A stretch of DNA of 64,000 nucleotides from Candidatus Latescibacterota bacterium. GTDB taxonomy: Bacteria > Latescibacterota > UBA2968 > GCA-2709665. Position 1 is the first letter of the stretch. Each line of letters begins with the position of its first letter. Positions 1 through 7,904 of the stretch are shown here, piece after piece. The position numbers and the translations under genes were made by a program. Under the pieces are notes generated by a model. That model had not been told where the DNA came from. It saw nothing but the letters and a program-made list of their open reading frames with translations, and did not search any database. The stretch covers positions 992,001 to 1,056,000 of the forward strand of contig CBDCOX010000002.1 of the NCBI GenBank assembly GCA_965219995.1. The letters are read 5' to 3'.

Positions 1-60
1 GGAGAGCACGGCGACGGCCTCGTCGACGGTCTGAGGCGCTACGTAATCGAACGCATGCAA
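1..60 (-). CDS. 5' end of a xanthine dehydrogenase/CoxM-family FAD-binding subunit (runs off window edge)
   Basis: Not in ORF track. TTG start at 60 with AGGAGGAG RBS just upstream; translates MHAFDYVAPQTVDEAVAVLS, the typical N-terminus of molybdopterin dehydrogenase FAD subunits. Confidence 0.75.
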   Translation of the reverse strand, partial: MHAFDYVAPQTVDEAVAVLS

Positions 61-138
61 GGTTTGCTCCTCCTGTACTGTAGTGGGGGAATCTACCGGC
101 GCCGGCAATACACTTTCGATTGCCGGGGAATGCGCGTA

Positions 139-167
139 AGAATAAGATTCAGGGGTCGTAATGTCAA
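139..167 (-). promoter_or_regulatory. sigma70-type promoter for the FAD-subunit gene
   Basis: TTGACA (167-162), 17-bp spacer, TATTCT (144-139) on the minus strand. Confidence 0.6.
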
Positions 168-229
168 GGATTTTCGGGGCGGCTTGAGCGGCGGAACCGC
201 GCCGGGAGACCTTGCCGCGAGCCCGGGGT

Positions 230-1372
230 TTATCGGCGCGAGTTGACAGGATCAGGAGGGCGACAGGCTTTCAGAAGTTCCGCAGTGGGCTCTCGCGCGC
301 TCAGTACGGTATAGCCCGCGCGGGAAGCCAGAATCTCTGCAGTCCGAAACGACCGTTTCATCTGTTTCAGGTACATGCCCGGTCGCGTGGCGACAACCAT
401 GAACCTGCCGTCCGGTACCAGGTGTCGGGCGGCGCCCTCCGCAAACTGCCCCGCCGTGGCGACGCCCTGGTGGGTGGGTACATTGCACAGAATAAGGTCG
501 AAGGACGCTCCCGATGCGGCCTCGAAACCGTCGCTCAGAGCAACACGCGCGTTCGCAAGGCCGTTGCGGGCGACGTTCCGCCTCGCGCATTGAACCGCCA
601 GCAGGTCCGAATCCAGCAGCAGGACCTCGCGCGCCCGCATCGCGGCCGCGATGCCGATCGCACCGAATCCGCATCCCAGGTCCAGAACACAATGGTGTGC
701 CCTGACGTCGACAGTATCAATCAGAAACCGGGTGCCGGGATCGAGGCCGTCGCTCGAAAACACGCCCGCAGAGGTTTCAAATGCGATTCTCTCGCCGCCA
801 GGATCGTTCACGACGAACGAATGCGCCGTATCGACCGGGTCCGCGCCGGGCGCGGCGTTTTTCTTGCTGGACCGATAGATGCGGAGGCCCGATTTCGCGG
901 ACAGCTTATCAGCGCCTCCGAAAACCGCCTCCAGCCGGTTCCGATAACTTTCAACGCCGGCGTCGCGCCGCCCCGCCAGCAGGAACCGGCCGTGAATCGC
1001 CATTCTCTGAAACGCGGCGTCGATGAGCTGGAACGCTCGCGCCTTGGCCTCCCACCGGGCGGGAGCGTAGAGGACCACGTCGAAACCCGGTCCGGGCACG
1101 TGCGCGGGCGACGCCTCCAGCCAGGCGCACGCATTGGACAGCTTCCTTCTCCGGATTGCGTTGTCGCATCGTCTGACGTCTCGGAGATCGGAACTCACGA
1201 AGTGAATCCCGGCGGCGTTCGCGTCCAGCGCCACGGGTTGTCCGGCCGCCCCCAGATCCAAAACGCGTTCGTGGGTTTCGACAGCCGCTGCCGAAAGCAG
1301 TGCGGAGGCATGCCGGCCGCGTGATTTTCCTGATCTTGCGATCGGTCCTTCCTTCCGAATTCGCGGCGCCAT
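230..1372 (-). CDS. RsmC/RlmG-like SAM-dependent rRNA methyltransferase (MTS family)
   Basis: GVFSxDGLDPGT, VLDLGCGFGAIG and LCNVPTHQG motifs plus a degenerate N-terminal Rossmann copy; start uncertain. Confidence 0.8.
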   Translation of the reverse strand: MAPRIRKEGPIARSGKSRGRHASALLSAAAVETHERVLDLGAAGQPVALDANAAGIHFVSSDLRDVRRCDNAIRRRKLSNACAWLEASPAHVPGPGFDVVLYAPARWEAKARAFQLIDAAFQRMAIHGRFLLAGRRDAGVESYRNRLEAVFGGADKLSAKSGLRIYRSSKKNAAPGADPVDTAHSFVVNDPGGERIAFETSAGVFSSDGLDPGTRFLIDTVDVRAHHCVLDLGCGFGAIGIAAAMRAREVLLLDSDLLAVQCARRNVARNGLANARVALSDGFEAASGASFDLILCNVPTHQGVATAGQFAEGAARHLVPDGRFMVVATRPGMYLKQMKRSFRTAEILASRAGYTVLSAREPTAELLKACRPPDPVNSRR

Positions 1373-1463
1373 ACCAGGATGGCGTCGGCACGGTTCGATT
1401 GTCGCGGAGATATCCAAACCAATGCTGAACACTGACGCGAGGCTGGAAACGACGGTTTGCGTG

Positions 1464-1510
1464 TTGACTTCTGGCGCCGGGGAAGGTAAATTAATCTAGA
1501 CAGTCTAGAT
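1464..1510 (+). promoter_or_regulatory. TA operon promoter with palindromic operator
   Basis: TTGACT(1464-1469)-17bp-TAAATT(1487-1492), followed by the inverted repeat ATCTAGAC-A-GTCTAGAT (1494-1510) over the expected +1. Confidence 0.7.
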
Positions 1511-1533
1511 AGATGACAAAGGAGGAAAGCGCG

Positions 1534-1785
1534 ATGAATACAGTCTGGGCATTGCAGGATGCGAAAAATCGATTGAGCGAAGTCGTGAACAACGCTGTCC
1601 GTGAAGGGCCTCAGACGATTACGCGCAGGGGCAAGGAAACGGCAGTGGTTCTCTCCATGCAAGACTTTCAGCAGCTGACGACCTCGCAGGGCTCTCTGGT
1701 TTCCTTTGTGCGCGAGTCGCCCCTGATTGGAGCGGGCTTGTGTCTGGATCGAAATCGGGATGAAGGCCGAGAGGTTATTCTGTGA
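1534..1785 (+). CDS. Phd/YefM-family antitoxin
   Basis: WALQDAKNRLSEVV...EGPQTITRRGKETAVVLS signature; AGGAGG RBS; stop overlaps toxin start (GTGA). Confidence 0.9.
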   Translation: MNTVWALQDAKNRLSEVVNNAVREGPQTITRRGKETAVVLSMQDFQQLTTSQGSLVSFVRESPLIGAGLCLDRNRDEGREVIL

Positions 1786-2216
1786 GATACCTGCTGGATA
1801 CATGCGTCATATCGGAACTGGTTAAGAAGAAACCCTCGCGTCGTGTCATGCAATGGCTGGAACACCAGGAGGAGCTTTCTCTTTTCCTGAGTGTCATCAC
1901 TTTCGGCGAGTTACACAAGGGGATTGGCCGGCTGCAGGCGGGCCGAAGACAGCGTGAACTTCACGAGTGGGTCCAGAGTCAGCTGAGCAAGCGATTTACG
2001 GGACGTATTCTTGAGGTCGATCGGGAAGTCGCCGCCCGTTGGGGCGAGATTTCGGCAACCGCGGAAAAAGCCGGTCGAACCGTTCCGGTTCTTGATGGCC
2101 TGCTGGCGGCCACCGCCCTGACTTCCGGTTTGACGTTCGTGACGCGAAACACGGACGACGTTCGGGCAACCGGGGTACCGGTATTCGACCCCTGGGAAGC
2201 ACCGTCTCTTCGTTAG
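1782..2216 (+). CDS. vapC: VapC PIN-domain toxin
   Basis: YLLDTCVISE, SVITFGE, DGLLAATA and VTRNxxD PIN motifs. Confidence 0.9.
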   Translation: MRYLLDTCVISELVKKKPSRRVMQWLEHQEELSLFLSVITFGELHKGIGRLQAGRRQRELHEWVQSQLSKRFTGRILEVDREVAARWGEISATAEKAGRTVPVLDGLLAATALTSGLTFVTRNTDDVRATGVPVFDPWEAPSLR

Positions 2217-2233
2217 CCCCCAATGGTGCGAAT

Positions 2234-3052
2234 TCACCCGCTGCGCTTCAGGCGACCGGTCCGTTTGGCGTAGACCTCGGCAATGTGAAAGATCCACAAT
2301 CCCAGGGGGACCATAATCACGCCTGAAACCGTGAGAATGATGAGGTCGCCCTGAACGTCGGCGAGGCTCGCGTTGTCCAGCAGGGCCGTCCGGATGGACC
2401 GGAGGGCGTACGTGCCCGGCGAGAAGGTGGACAGCGGCCGAAGCCAGTCGGGAAGTACCGATACATCGTAGTAAACTCCTGAAATCAGCAGCACAAGCGT
2501 GCCGAAAATATCGGTCGCCCGTGCGCCTTTCTCCGGTGAAAGAAGCGGGAAAACGGCCGCCATAAGTCCCATTCCCAGGAACGAAAGACTGGCCGTGACC
2601 AGGACGGCGACCGCCGTCGTCAGATTCGCGTCGGAGAGGCTCAGATCAAAGAACATTACCGCCGATACGAGGACCACACCGGACCTCAGGAAACCGTAGA
2701 TGATCGCGTATACGCACTGGCCGGCGAGGTGTGTCAGCCTGTAGACAGGCGACATGAACGTGTATTCGATGGTCCCTTCCCAGCGCTCCCACGCGACGGC
2801 GTCCGCCACTTCGAAGAAAAGCAGGCGAAGAAAATTCCAGAGCACCGCGCCCACGATCAGAAACAGCACCGCCTCCCTCACCTTTTCCGGGTCGTCCCCG
2901 CCCATATACACGCCAATCAACCCGATGGTCAACGCGTGGACCACGTTCCAGACAACGAATATCAGTTCCCAGCTCGCGTAACGCCGGGCCAGGTTGAAAT
3001 TCCGCTCGATAAACGCTACCGACGCCTTGATTTCCGCGGTTACCGGGTTCAC
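2234..3052 (-). CDS. ABC-2 type exporter permease
   Basis: About six TM helices, ERWEGTIEY motif; GTG start overlaps the ATPase stop. Confidence 0.85.
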   Translation of the reverse strand: MNPVTAEIKASVAFIERNFNLARRYASWELIFVVWNVVHALTIGLIGVYMGGDDPEKVREAVLFLIVGAVLWNFLRLLFFEVADAVAWERWEGTIEYTFMSPVYRLTHLAGQCVYAIIYGFLRSGVVLVSAVMFFDLSLSDANLTTAVAVLVTASLSFLGMGLMAAVFPLLSPEKGARATDIFGTLVLLISGVYYDVSVLPDWLRPLSTFSPGTYALRSIRTALLDNASLADVQGDLIILTVSGVIMVPLGLWIFHIAEVYAKRTGRLKRSG

Positions 3053-3912
3053 GTTCCGTCTCCTTCCACTTCGCCTTCCAGATCGGCATGCGCGAGATCC
3101 ATTCCAGTCATCTTGAAGAAAACATCCTCCAGACTTCCACCAACGCATCCGGCGCGGACCTTCAGTTCGTCGACCGTGCCCATGGCGATAAACCTTCCGT
3201 GGTGGATGATCGACACCCGGTTGCACACCCGTTCCGCCTCGTCCATGTCGTGCGTTGTCAGCAGAACCGTCGCTTCGTGGCGCTCCCGAATGCCCATCAC
3301 GTAATCCTGCACCTGGCGCTTCGAGACCGGATCCAGCCCCGTCGTCGGCTCATCCATCAGCAACAGAACCGGCGACGTAAAGAGCGCCCGGGCCACCGCG
3401 ACCTTCTGCTGCATGCCCCGGGACAGGTCCTCCACCGGCTGGTCCACCCTGTCTTCACCAAATCCCATTTCGGCCAGAATCGCCCTGGCCCGCCGCCGCC
3501 CCTCGCGTACCGGAACGCCGTACAGCCGGGCCGCGTAACTCAGGTTCTCCCACGCGGACAGTTTCTTGAAGAACGCCGCGTCGACGGATACCCGATTGAT
3601 ATAGCGCTTTACACGCATCGCGTCCCGCTCCACGTGCAGCCCGAATACCTGCGCCTCGCCCCTGTCGGGAAAGACCAGGGTCGAGAGGATGCGTATCAGC
3701 GTCGACTTGCCCGAGCCGTTCGGACCCAGGATACCGAAGATCTCTCCCCGCTGCACCTCAAACCCGACGCTGTCAACGGCCAGGATTTCCTTCCGGCGAC
3801 GCCTGAATCTGCGAAGGAATCCGTTTGCGCCGCTGGTTTCGTTGTCGGGCACTCGGAAAACCTTGGTCAGGTCCGTCGCCCGAACCGCAGGCGCGTCAAA
3901 ATCGATCGCCAA
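3049..3912 (-). CDS. ABC exporter ATP-binding protein
   Basis: Walker A GPNGSGKS, LSRGMQQK signature, DEPTTGLD; TTG start chosen from GGGAG RBS. Confidence 0.9.
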   Translation of the reverse strand: MAIDFDAPAVRATDLTKVFRVPDNETSGANGFLRRFRRRRKEILAVDSVGFEVQRGEIFGILGPNGSGKSTLIRILSTLVFPDRGEAQVFGLHVERDAMRVKRYINRVSVDAAFFKKLSAWENLSYAARLYGVPVREGRRRARAILAEMGFGEDRVDQPVEDLSRGMQQKVAVARALFTSPVLLLMDEPTTGLDPVSKRQVQDYVMGIRERHEATVLLTTHDMDEAERVCNRVSIIHHGRFIAMGTVDELKVRAGCVGGSLEDVFFKMTGMDLAHADLEGEVEGDGT

Positions 3913-4039
3913 TGCCGATCTCCCTTTCCTCGCAACGGCCGCTACCGTCCCGATGCGCCGACGCCGGATTGAGCTCGGGCTTTCCGGTCCCGCGGGCGGG
4001 TATCGGAGAAGCAGCAGCCTTCCTGGTATTGCAGTCAGG

Positions 4040-4068
4040 AACAAAAACGGATGCGCCTTCGCGCATCC
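4040..4068 (-). terminator. intrinsic terminator downstream of the rhodanese gene
   Basis: GGATGCGC-GAAG-GCGCATCC stem followed by GTTTTTGTT on the minus strand. Confidence 0.7.
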
Positions 4069-4181
4069 TGGTGTTTTCCGGCCTTACATCACCCACAAAT
4101 TCGGAACCACCCCACGCCAGCGCGCCGGAACGCTTTCATCAACAAGGCATTCCCCCCTGGGCCGGGAACGATATTGCGCGT

Positions 4182-4619
4182 TCAGCGCCCCTTCTGCCCA
4201 TCGTAGGAATTCCGCTCCGTGACCTCCGTTGATACGGGCAACCCCGAATCTCTCCATCCGGGAGCTTCCACCATTCCGGTTGCGGGGTTCACCTTGCCGC
4301 CGAAACCCCCGACCACGTTTGCCAGGTTCGTGTACCCTGCTTTTTCAAGCATCTGCGCCGCATACTGTGAACGCACGCCCGACTGGCAGCCGCAATAGAT
4401 CTTCGTCTCCCGGCCCAGCACGCCATCCACTACGGCCTGAAAATCGGGATTGGGCATCATGCCGCCCGCCGGACTCTGAAAGGCGACCGGAATATTGACG
4501 GCGCCTTCGGGGTGCCCCGCGGCGAATTCGGCTTCGGTACGCACATCCAGGTACACCGCGTCGGCATCCGCGTCGAGGCCCGCCTTTGCATCGGAAGGAA
4601 CAACCTGCTCAATTGCCAT
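4182..4619 (-). CDS. single-domain rhodanese/sulfurtransferase
   Basis: LDVRTxxEFxxGHPxGA and active-site loop CQSGVRS. Confidence 0.9.
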   Translation of the reverse strand: MAIEQVVPSDAKAGLDADADAVYLDVRTEAEFAAGHPEGAVNIPVAFQSPAGGMMPNPDFQAVVDGVLGRETKIYCGCQSGVRSQYAAQMLEKAGYTNLANVVGGFGGKVNPATGMVEAPGWRDSGLPVSTEVTERNSYDGQKGR

Positions 4620-4659
4620 GGGCGAAACTTCCCTTCTTGTTATCGCTACCGCTAAAGAT

Positions 4660-4795
4660 GGTGAGAGGGTAGAGGGGAGACGGTAGAAGATGTGATTGCC
4701 CCGTGCGGTATCCTCTCATGCCGGAGGCATAAAGGACAATCCAATCGGGCAATGATGTCATCTACCGTCTAACCTCTTACGTCTACCCTCTCCCA
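4660..4795. repeat. inverted arrays of degenerate heptamer tandem repeats
   Basis: GGTGAGA/GGGTAGA/GGGGAGA/CGGTAGA (4660-4687) facing TCTACCG/TCTAACC/TCTTACG/TCTACCC/TCTCCCA (4761-4795), with an inner ATTGCCC/GGGCAAT stem. Confidence 0.75.
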
Positions 4796-4949
4796 GCATT
4801 CAGGTTTTTCCTCGATCGACGTTTGAAGTGAGTACACCACACCTTAGCGTGACGGAATGAGTCGCTGGAAGAATGGCGAGACATTCGGGGACCGGACTCG
4901 GGATTCAAGTCATCAAATATACGTCGTTACATCCCGCATCGCAAGTCTC

Positions 4950-6863
4950 CTACTGCGAGTTTTCGAAATCCTGAAGATCCACCTGGCAGACTTCGAATCC
5001 GGCGGCATAATAGAGCGAGCCGTCGACCACCCTCAAATGTTCGCCCTTACCGTCGATCAACGGGATGAATTCAATGGACTCCGCACCCACTTCCAATTGA
5101 CCGACCTTTTCATCGGCCGACGTCCACATCCGGCCCGTGGCCGGATCGAGTACCACCTCCCTGCAACCGGTTTGCCCGAGGCCCAGATCGCGCAGATCGC
5201 CGGTTTGCGCGTTCCACGCGTAGAAGCGATTCCTCTGAAGCGCAAGCACCTCACCGGAAGGCAGGACGACCATCACCCTGGCGGCGCCCTCGCCTTCCTG
5301 AATAGCCTGTGAACGGTCGACCGCAAGCCGGTCCATGTCGAACGATACCAGCATGCCCGTGGTTTGCGTGGGCGGCGCCGAGTTCGCATCCGCGAAGATT
5401 TCAGTTCCGCAGTAGACCCGGCGGCGTTTCGAATCCACCAGAAGGGAGTTCACCTTCTGATCCTCCACGATATGCCGCCAGACCCGGATTTCGCCGGTCT
5501 CCGGATCGATCCGGCTGAGCGCGCCGCCGAGGTGGCCGTATTCCGGACTGGTGGACATCCAGACGTACCGCCCGTCGTGAAGCAGCCCCGTGGGCCTCAT
5601 CTGCCCTTCGCGTTGCGCGCTGGCCAGCACTCGCGGGTTGTCCGGCCAGTCGGGTTGCGCCGCCGGATCGAATGCCGTTACCGCCGACGTCGTATAGCTG
5701 CTCTGGAGTACGCGCTGTGTAACCGGCTCCCAGATAATCTGGTTGATCTGCCCCCCGCCCGGCGCCGCACGCCCGCAATCCTCCCCGTCTCCGGTTTCCA
5801 TGTCGATCATCCAGAACCGCTGGTTGATGAAAGGCGCGCCGAGAATTACGTTCCGTTCCGGTACGGGGCAGAGCGCGTGCGCGGCCATGGGACCGGTGGA
5901 TTCCAGGTCGGTACAGTCCGTCCGCCCCGTCTCCGTGTCGAATTTGAGCGCAAGTCCGGAAATGGTCACGCCGCACACGGCGGTCTTTCCCCATGGATGC
6001 AGGGTTGCGGGTCCGCCATCCGACCAGTCCGGCGCCGCCACGTCCCATCTTTCACCTTCGCGATGGAGAACGTAGAGACTGCCGTCCGCAGAGCTGTACG
6101 CATATAGCCGGCCGTCGACAACACAGGCCTTTCCGCCCAGGCCCCCCGGCTCGGGACCCTCGATGCGCTGTTTCAGTTCGAAACCCGGATATGTCATGAA
6201 ATGGAGTTCGCCCCGGACAAACGCCGCAAGCGTCTCGCTGTCCCAGAAGAAGGCGTCGGTCGTAGAACCCACGCCCCGGATGTTTTCAGGTGTGTGGGAC
6301 TCCGCGGACATGGTTTCCAGATTCAGCAGGACCAGCCGCGCCTGCGGTACGTCGATGGCGAGCAGGACACGTCCGTCCGGCGCCTCCAGGACATTGTGGC
6401 CGTATAGCGCCGTCGGGTACTCCGTATCTATCGGCCGAAAGACCTTGACCAGCCGCGACTCCCGCCAGTCGTACACGCCGACGTGACCCGGCGACGCCTC
6501 CCACACGGCGTACCGGTCCGTCACACAGCCGCCCCAGGTGATAGACGTTAATTCGCCGGTTATCAGGATCTCAAAGCCGTCGGCGACCGGATCGTAACGG
6601 ATCAGGTCTCCATTCCCGCAGCCCAGGTAGAGACAGCCGTCTGCCGCGGTTCTCAACATGTAGGCCCCGGGGATGCCTTCCGGGAGCTCCCGCATCCCCC
6701 TTGATCCGGTGTCGGGATTCCAGAAGTAGATGCGACCGCCCGAGCTTCCACCCCAGACGCTGCTCACCAGATGGATGTCGCCGAGAAACCAGGCCCTGGC
6801 CACCTCGGCGTTGATGAACGGCAGACGGCTGTGAGGAATGGGATAGCGTTTCATGGTAGCCAT
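4950..6863 (-). CDS. probable double beta-propeller protein (WD40/PQQ-like), function unknown
   Basis: Repeated YDP/FDP/IDPxTG blade motifs; ATG at 6863 with GGAGG RBS; the longer ORF overlaps lexA and is not credible. Confidence 0.65.
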   Translation of the reverse strand: MATMKRYPIPHSRLPFINAEVARAWFLGDIHLVSSVWGGSSGGRIYFWNPDTGSRGMRELPEGIPGAYMLRTAADGCLYLGCGNGDLIRYDPVADGFEILITGELTSITWGGCVTDRYAVWEASPGHVGVYDWRESRLVKVFRPIDTEYPTALYGHNVLEAPDGRVLLAIDVPQARLVLLNLETMSAESHTPENIRGVGSTTDAFFWDSETLAAFVRGELHFMTYPGFELKQRIEGPEPGGLGGKACVVDGRLYAYSSADGSLYVLHREGERWDVAAPDWSDGGPATLHPWGKTAVCGVTISGLALKFDTETGRTDCTDLESTGPMAAHALCPVPERNVILGAPFINQRFWMIDMETGDGEDCGRAAPGGGQINQIIWEPVTQRVLQSSYTTSAVTAFDPAAQPDWPDNPRVLASAQREGQMRPTGLLHDGRYVWMSTSPEYGHLGGALSRIDPETGEIRVWRHIVEDQKVNSLLVDSKRRRVYCGTEIFADANSAPPTQTTGMLVSFDMDRLAVDRSQAIQEGEGAARVMVVLPSGEVLALQRNRFYAWNAQTGDLRDLGLGQTGCREVVLDPATGRMWTSADEKVGQLEVGAESIEFIPLIDGKGEHLRVVDGSLYYAAGFEVCQVDLQDFENSQ

Positions 6864-6990
6864 CGTCCCTCCAATCCTACGAACGGCGTTATCATTACCT
6901 TTCGGGGGATGAACACGGACACGACACGGTCTCAGATAGAATTCACCTACATAACTGTCGCACAATTTAATATAACTAAATTCTCTTGCG

Positions 6991-7608
6991 TTACTCGATA
7001 TGCCTTCGCACCTCGATGACCTTTCCCAGGATCGAAAAGGGCTCTCCTTCCTCGCTGGGGATAATGGATTCGAAGGACTCGTTCTCCGGATGCAGCTCGA
7101 TTCGGCCGCCTTTCTCCCGGTATCTCTTGACCGTCGCCTCCTCCCCCACCAGGGCGACGACGATGTCACCCGGCCTGGCTGCCTGCTGCCGGCGGACAAT
7201 CACGATATCTCCGTGGAGGATGCCGGCCCTGAGCATGCTGTCCCCCTGGACCGTCAGGGCAAAGAGTTCCCCGCTCTCGTACCGGGTCTGCTGTACCGGA
7301 AGGAAGTCTTCCGGATTCTGTATTGCCGCGGTGAGATCCCCGGCCTGGACCCGCCCCAGCACGGGAATCAGATGGGACGCACGCAAGCTGCCCATTTTAG
7401 GCAGGCGGTGGGACCTGGCCTTGCCGGAGTCCTTTATCAGCCGTCCTTCCTCAACCAGCGCCTCCAGGTGCTGGCGCGCCGACTGGACGGCACGGAACCC
7501 GAACGCCATCTGGACCTCTCTCGTGCTGGGCGGCGTGCCGTTCAGGATCCGCTCCCTCACAAACTCATAGATCTTCTCGCGCGTCTGCCCGGGCGGTGTA
7601 TACGCCAA
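6991..7608 (-). CDS. lexA: SOS repressor LexA
   Basis: PPSTRE wHTH, Ala-Gly cleavage site (VQAG), catalytic Ser (GDSM) and Lys (EATVK); TTG start after CAGGAG RBS. Confidence 0.92.
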   Translation of the reverse strand: MAYTPPGQTREKIYEFVRERILNGTPPSTREVQMAFGFRAVQSARQHLEALVEEGRLIKDSGKARSHRLPKMGSLRASHLIPVLGRVQAGDLTAAIQNPEDFLPVQQTRYESGELFALTVQGDSMLRAGILHGDIVIVRRQQAARPGDIVVALVGEEATVKRYREKGGRIELHPENESFESIIPSEEGEPFSILGKVIEVRRHIE

Positions 7609-7676
7609 AGTGCACTCCTGGGTTCGGTCTGCGACGAATCGGTGACGGCCGGATAGAGTTCCCCATAAAAAAAAAC

Positions 7677-7698
7677 AGACAAATATCTGTCTTGTCAA
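7677..7698 (-). promoter_or_regulatory. lexA -35 element and candidate LexA operator
   Basis: TTGACA (7698-7693) directly followed by the imperfect palindrome AGACAGATATTTGTCT (7692-7677); the -10 is poorly defined (T-run). Confidence 0.55.
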
Positions 7699-7740
7699 GG
7701 GAATTCCGGCGGAATTGGCCGTCCGGGAAGCCGTGAATTT

Positions 7741-7802
7741 GCATGGTTGGACAGGATTTCGGATTTCGAGGTTTTATCCTGTCTGTCCTGTCGATCCATG
7801 TT
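7741..7802. repeat. inverted nonamer repeats (GGACAGGAT / ATCCTGTC-type)
   Basis: GCATGGTTGGACAGGAT facing ATCCTGTCT-GTCCTGTCG-ATCCATGTT. Confidence 0.6.
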
Positions 7803-7854
7803 TATCGATTTCGCGCCGAAACAAGGACGAACCGAAGCGCCGGCGTGTGTGAAG

Positions 7855-7879
7855 GTGGGGCAGACGTTCCTGTCTGCCC
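7855..7879. repeat. REP-like palindrome
   Basis: GTGGGGCAGACGTTCCTGTCTGCCC: GTGG head plus GGGCAGAC/GTCTGCCC hairpin, 25 bp downstream of a stop codon. Confidence 0.6.
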
Positions 7880-7904
7880 GATTCAAGGATGACTGTCCGC
7901 GCCC

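Noticed and set aside
4136-4150. ATG-CCT-TGT-TGA-TGA in frame with the 3896-4096 ORF as a possible selenoprotein
   Set aside because: Tandem UGA, no convincing SECIS, the frame crosses a terminator, and the product resembles nothing recognisable.
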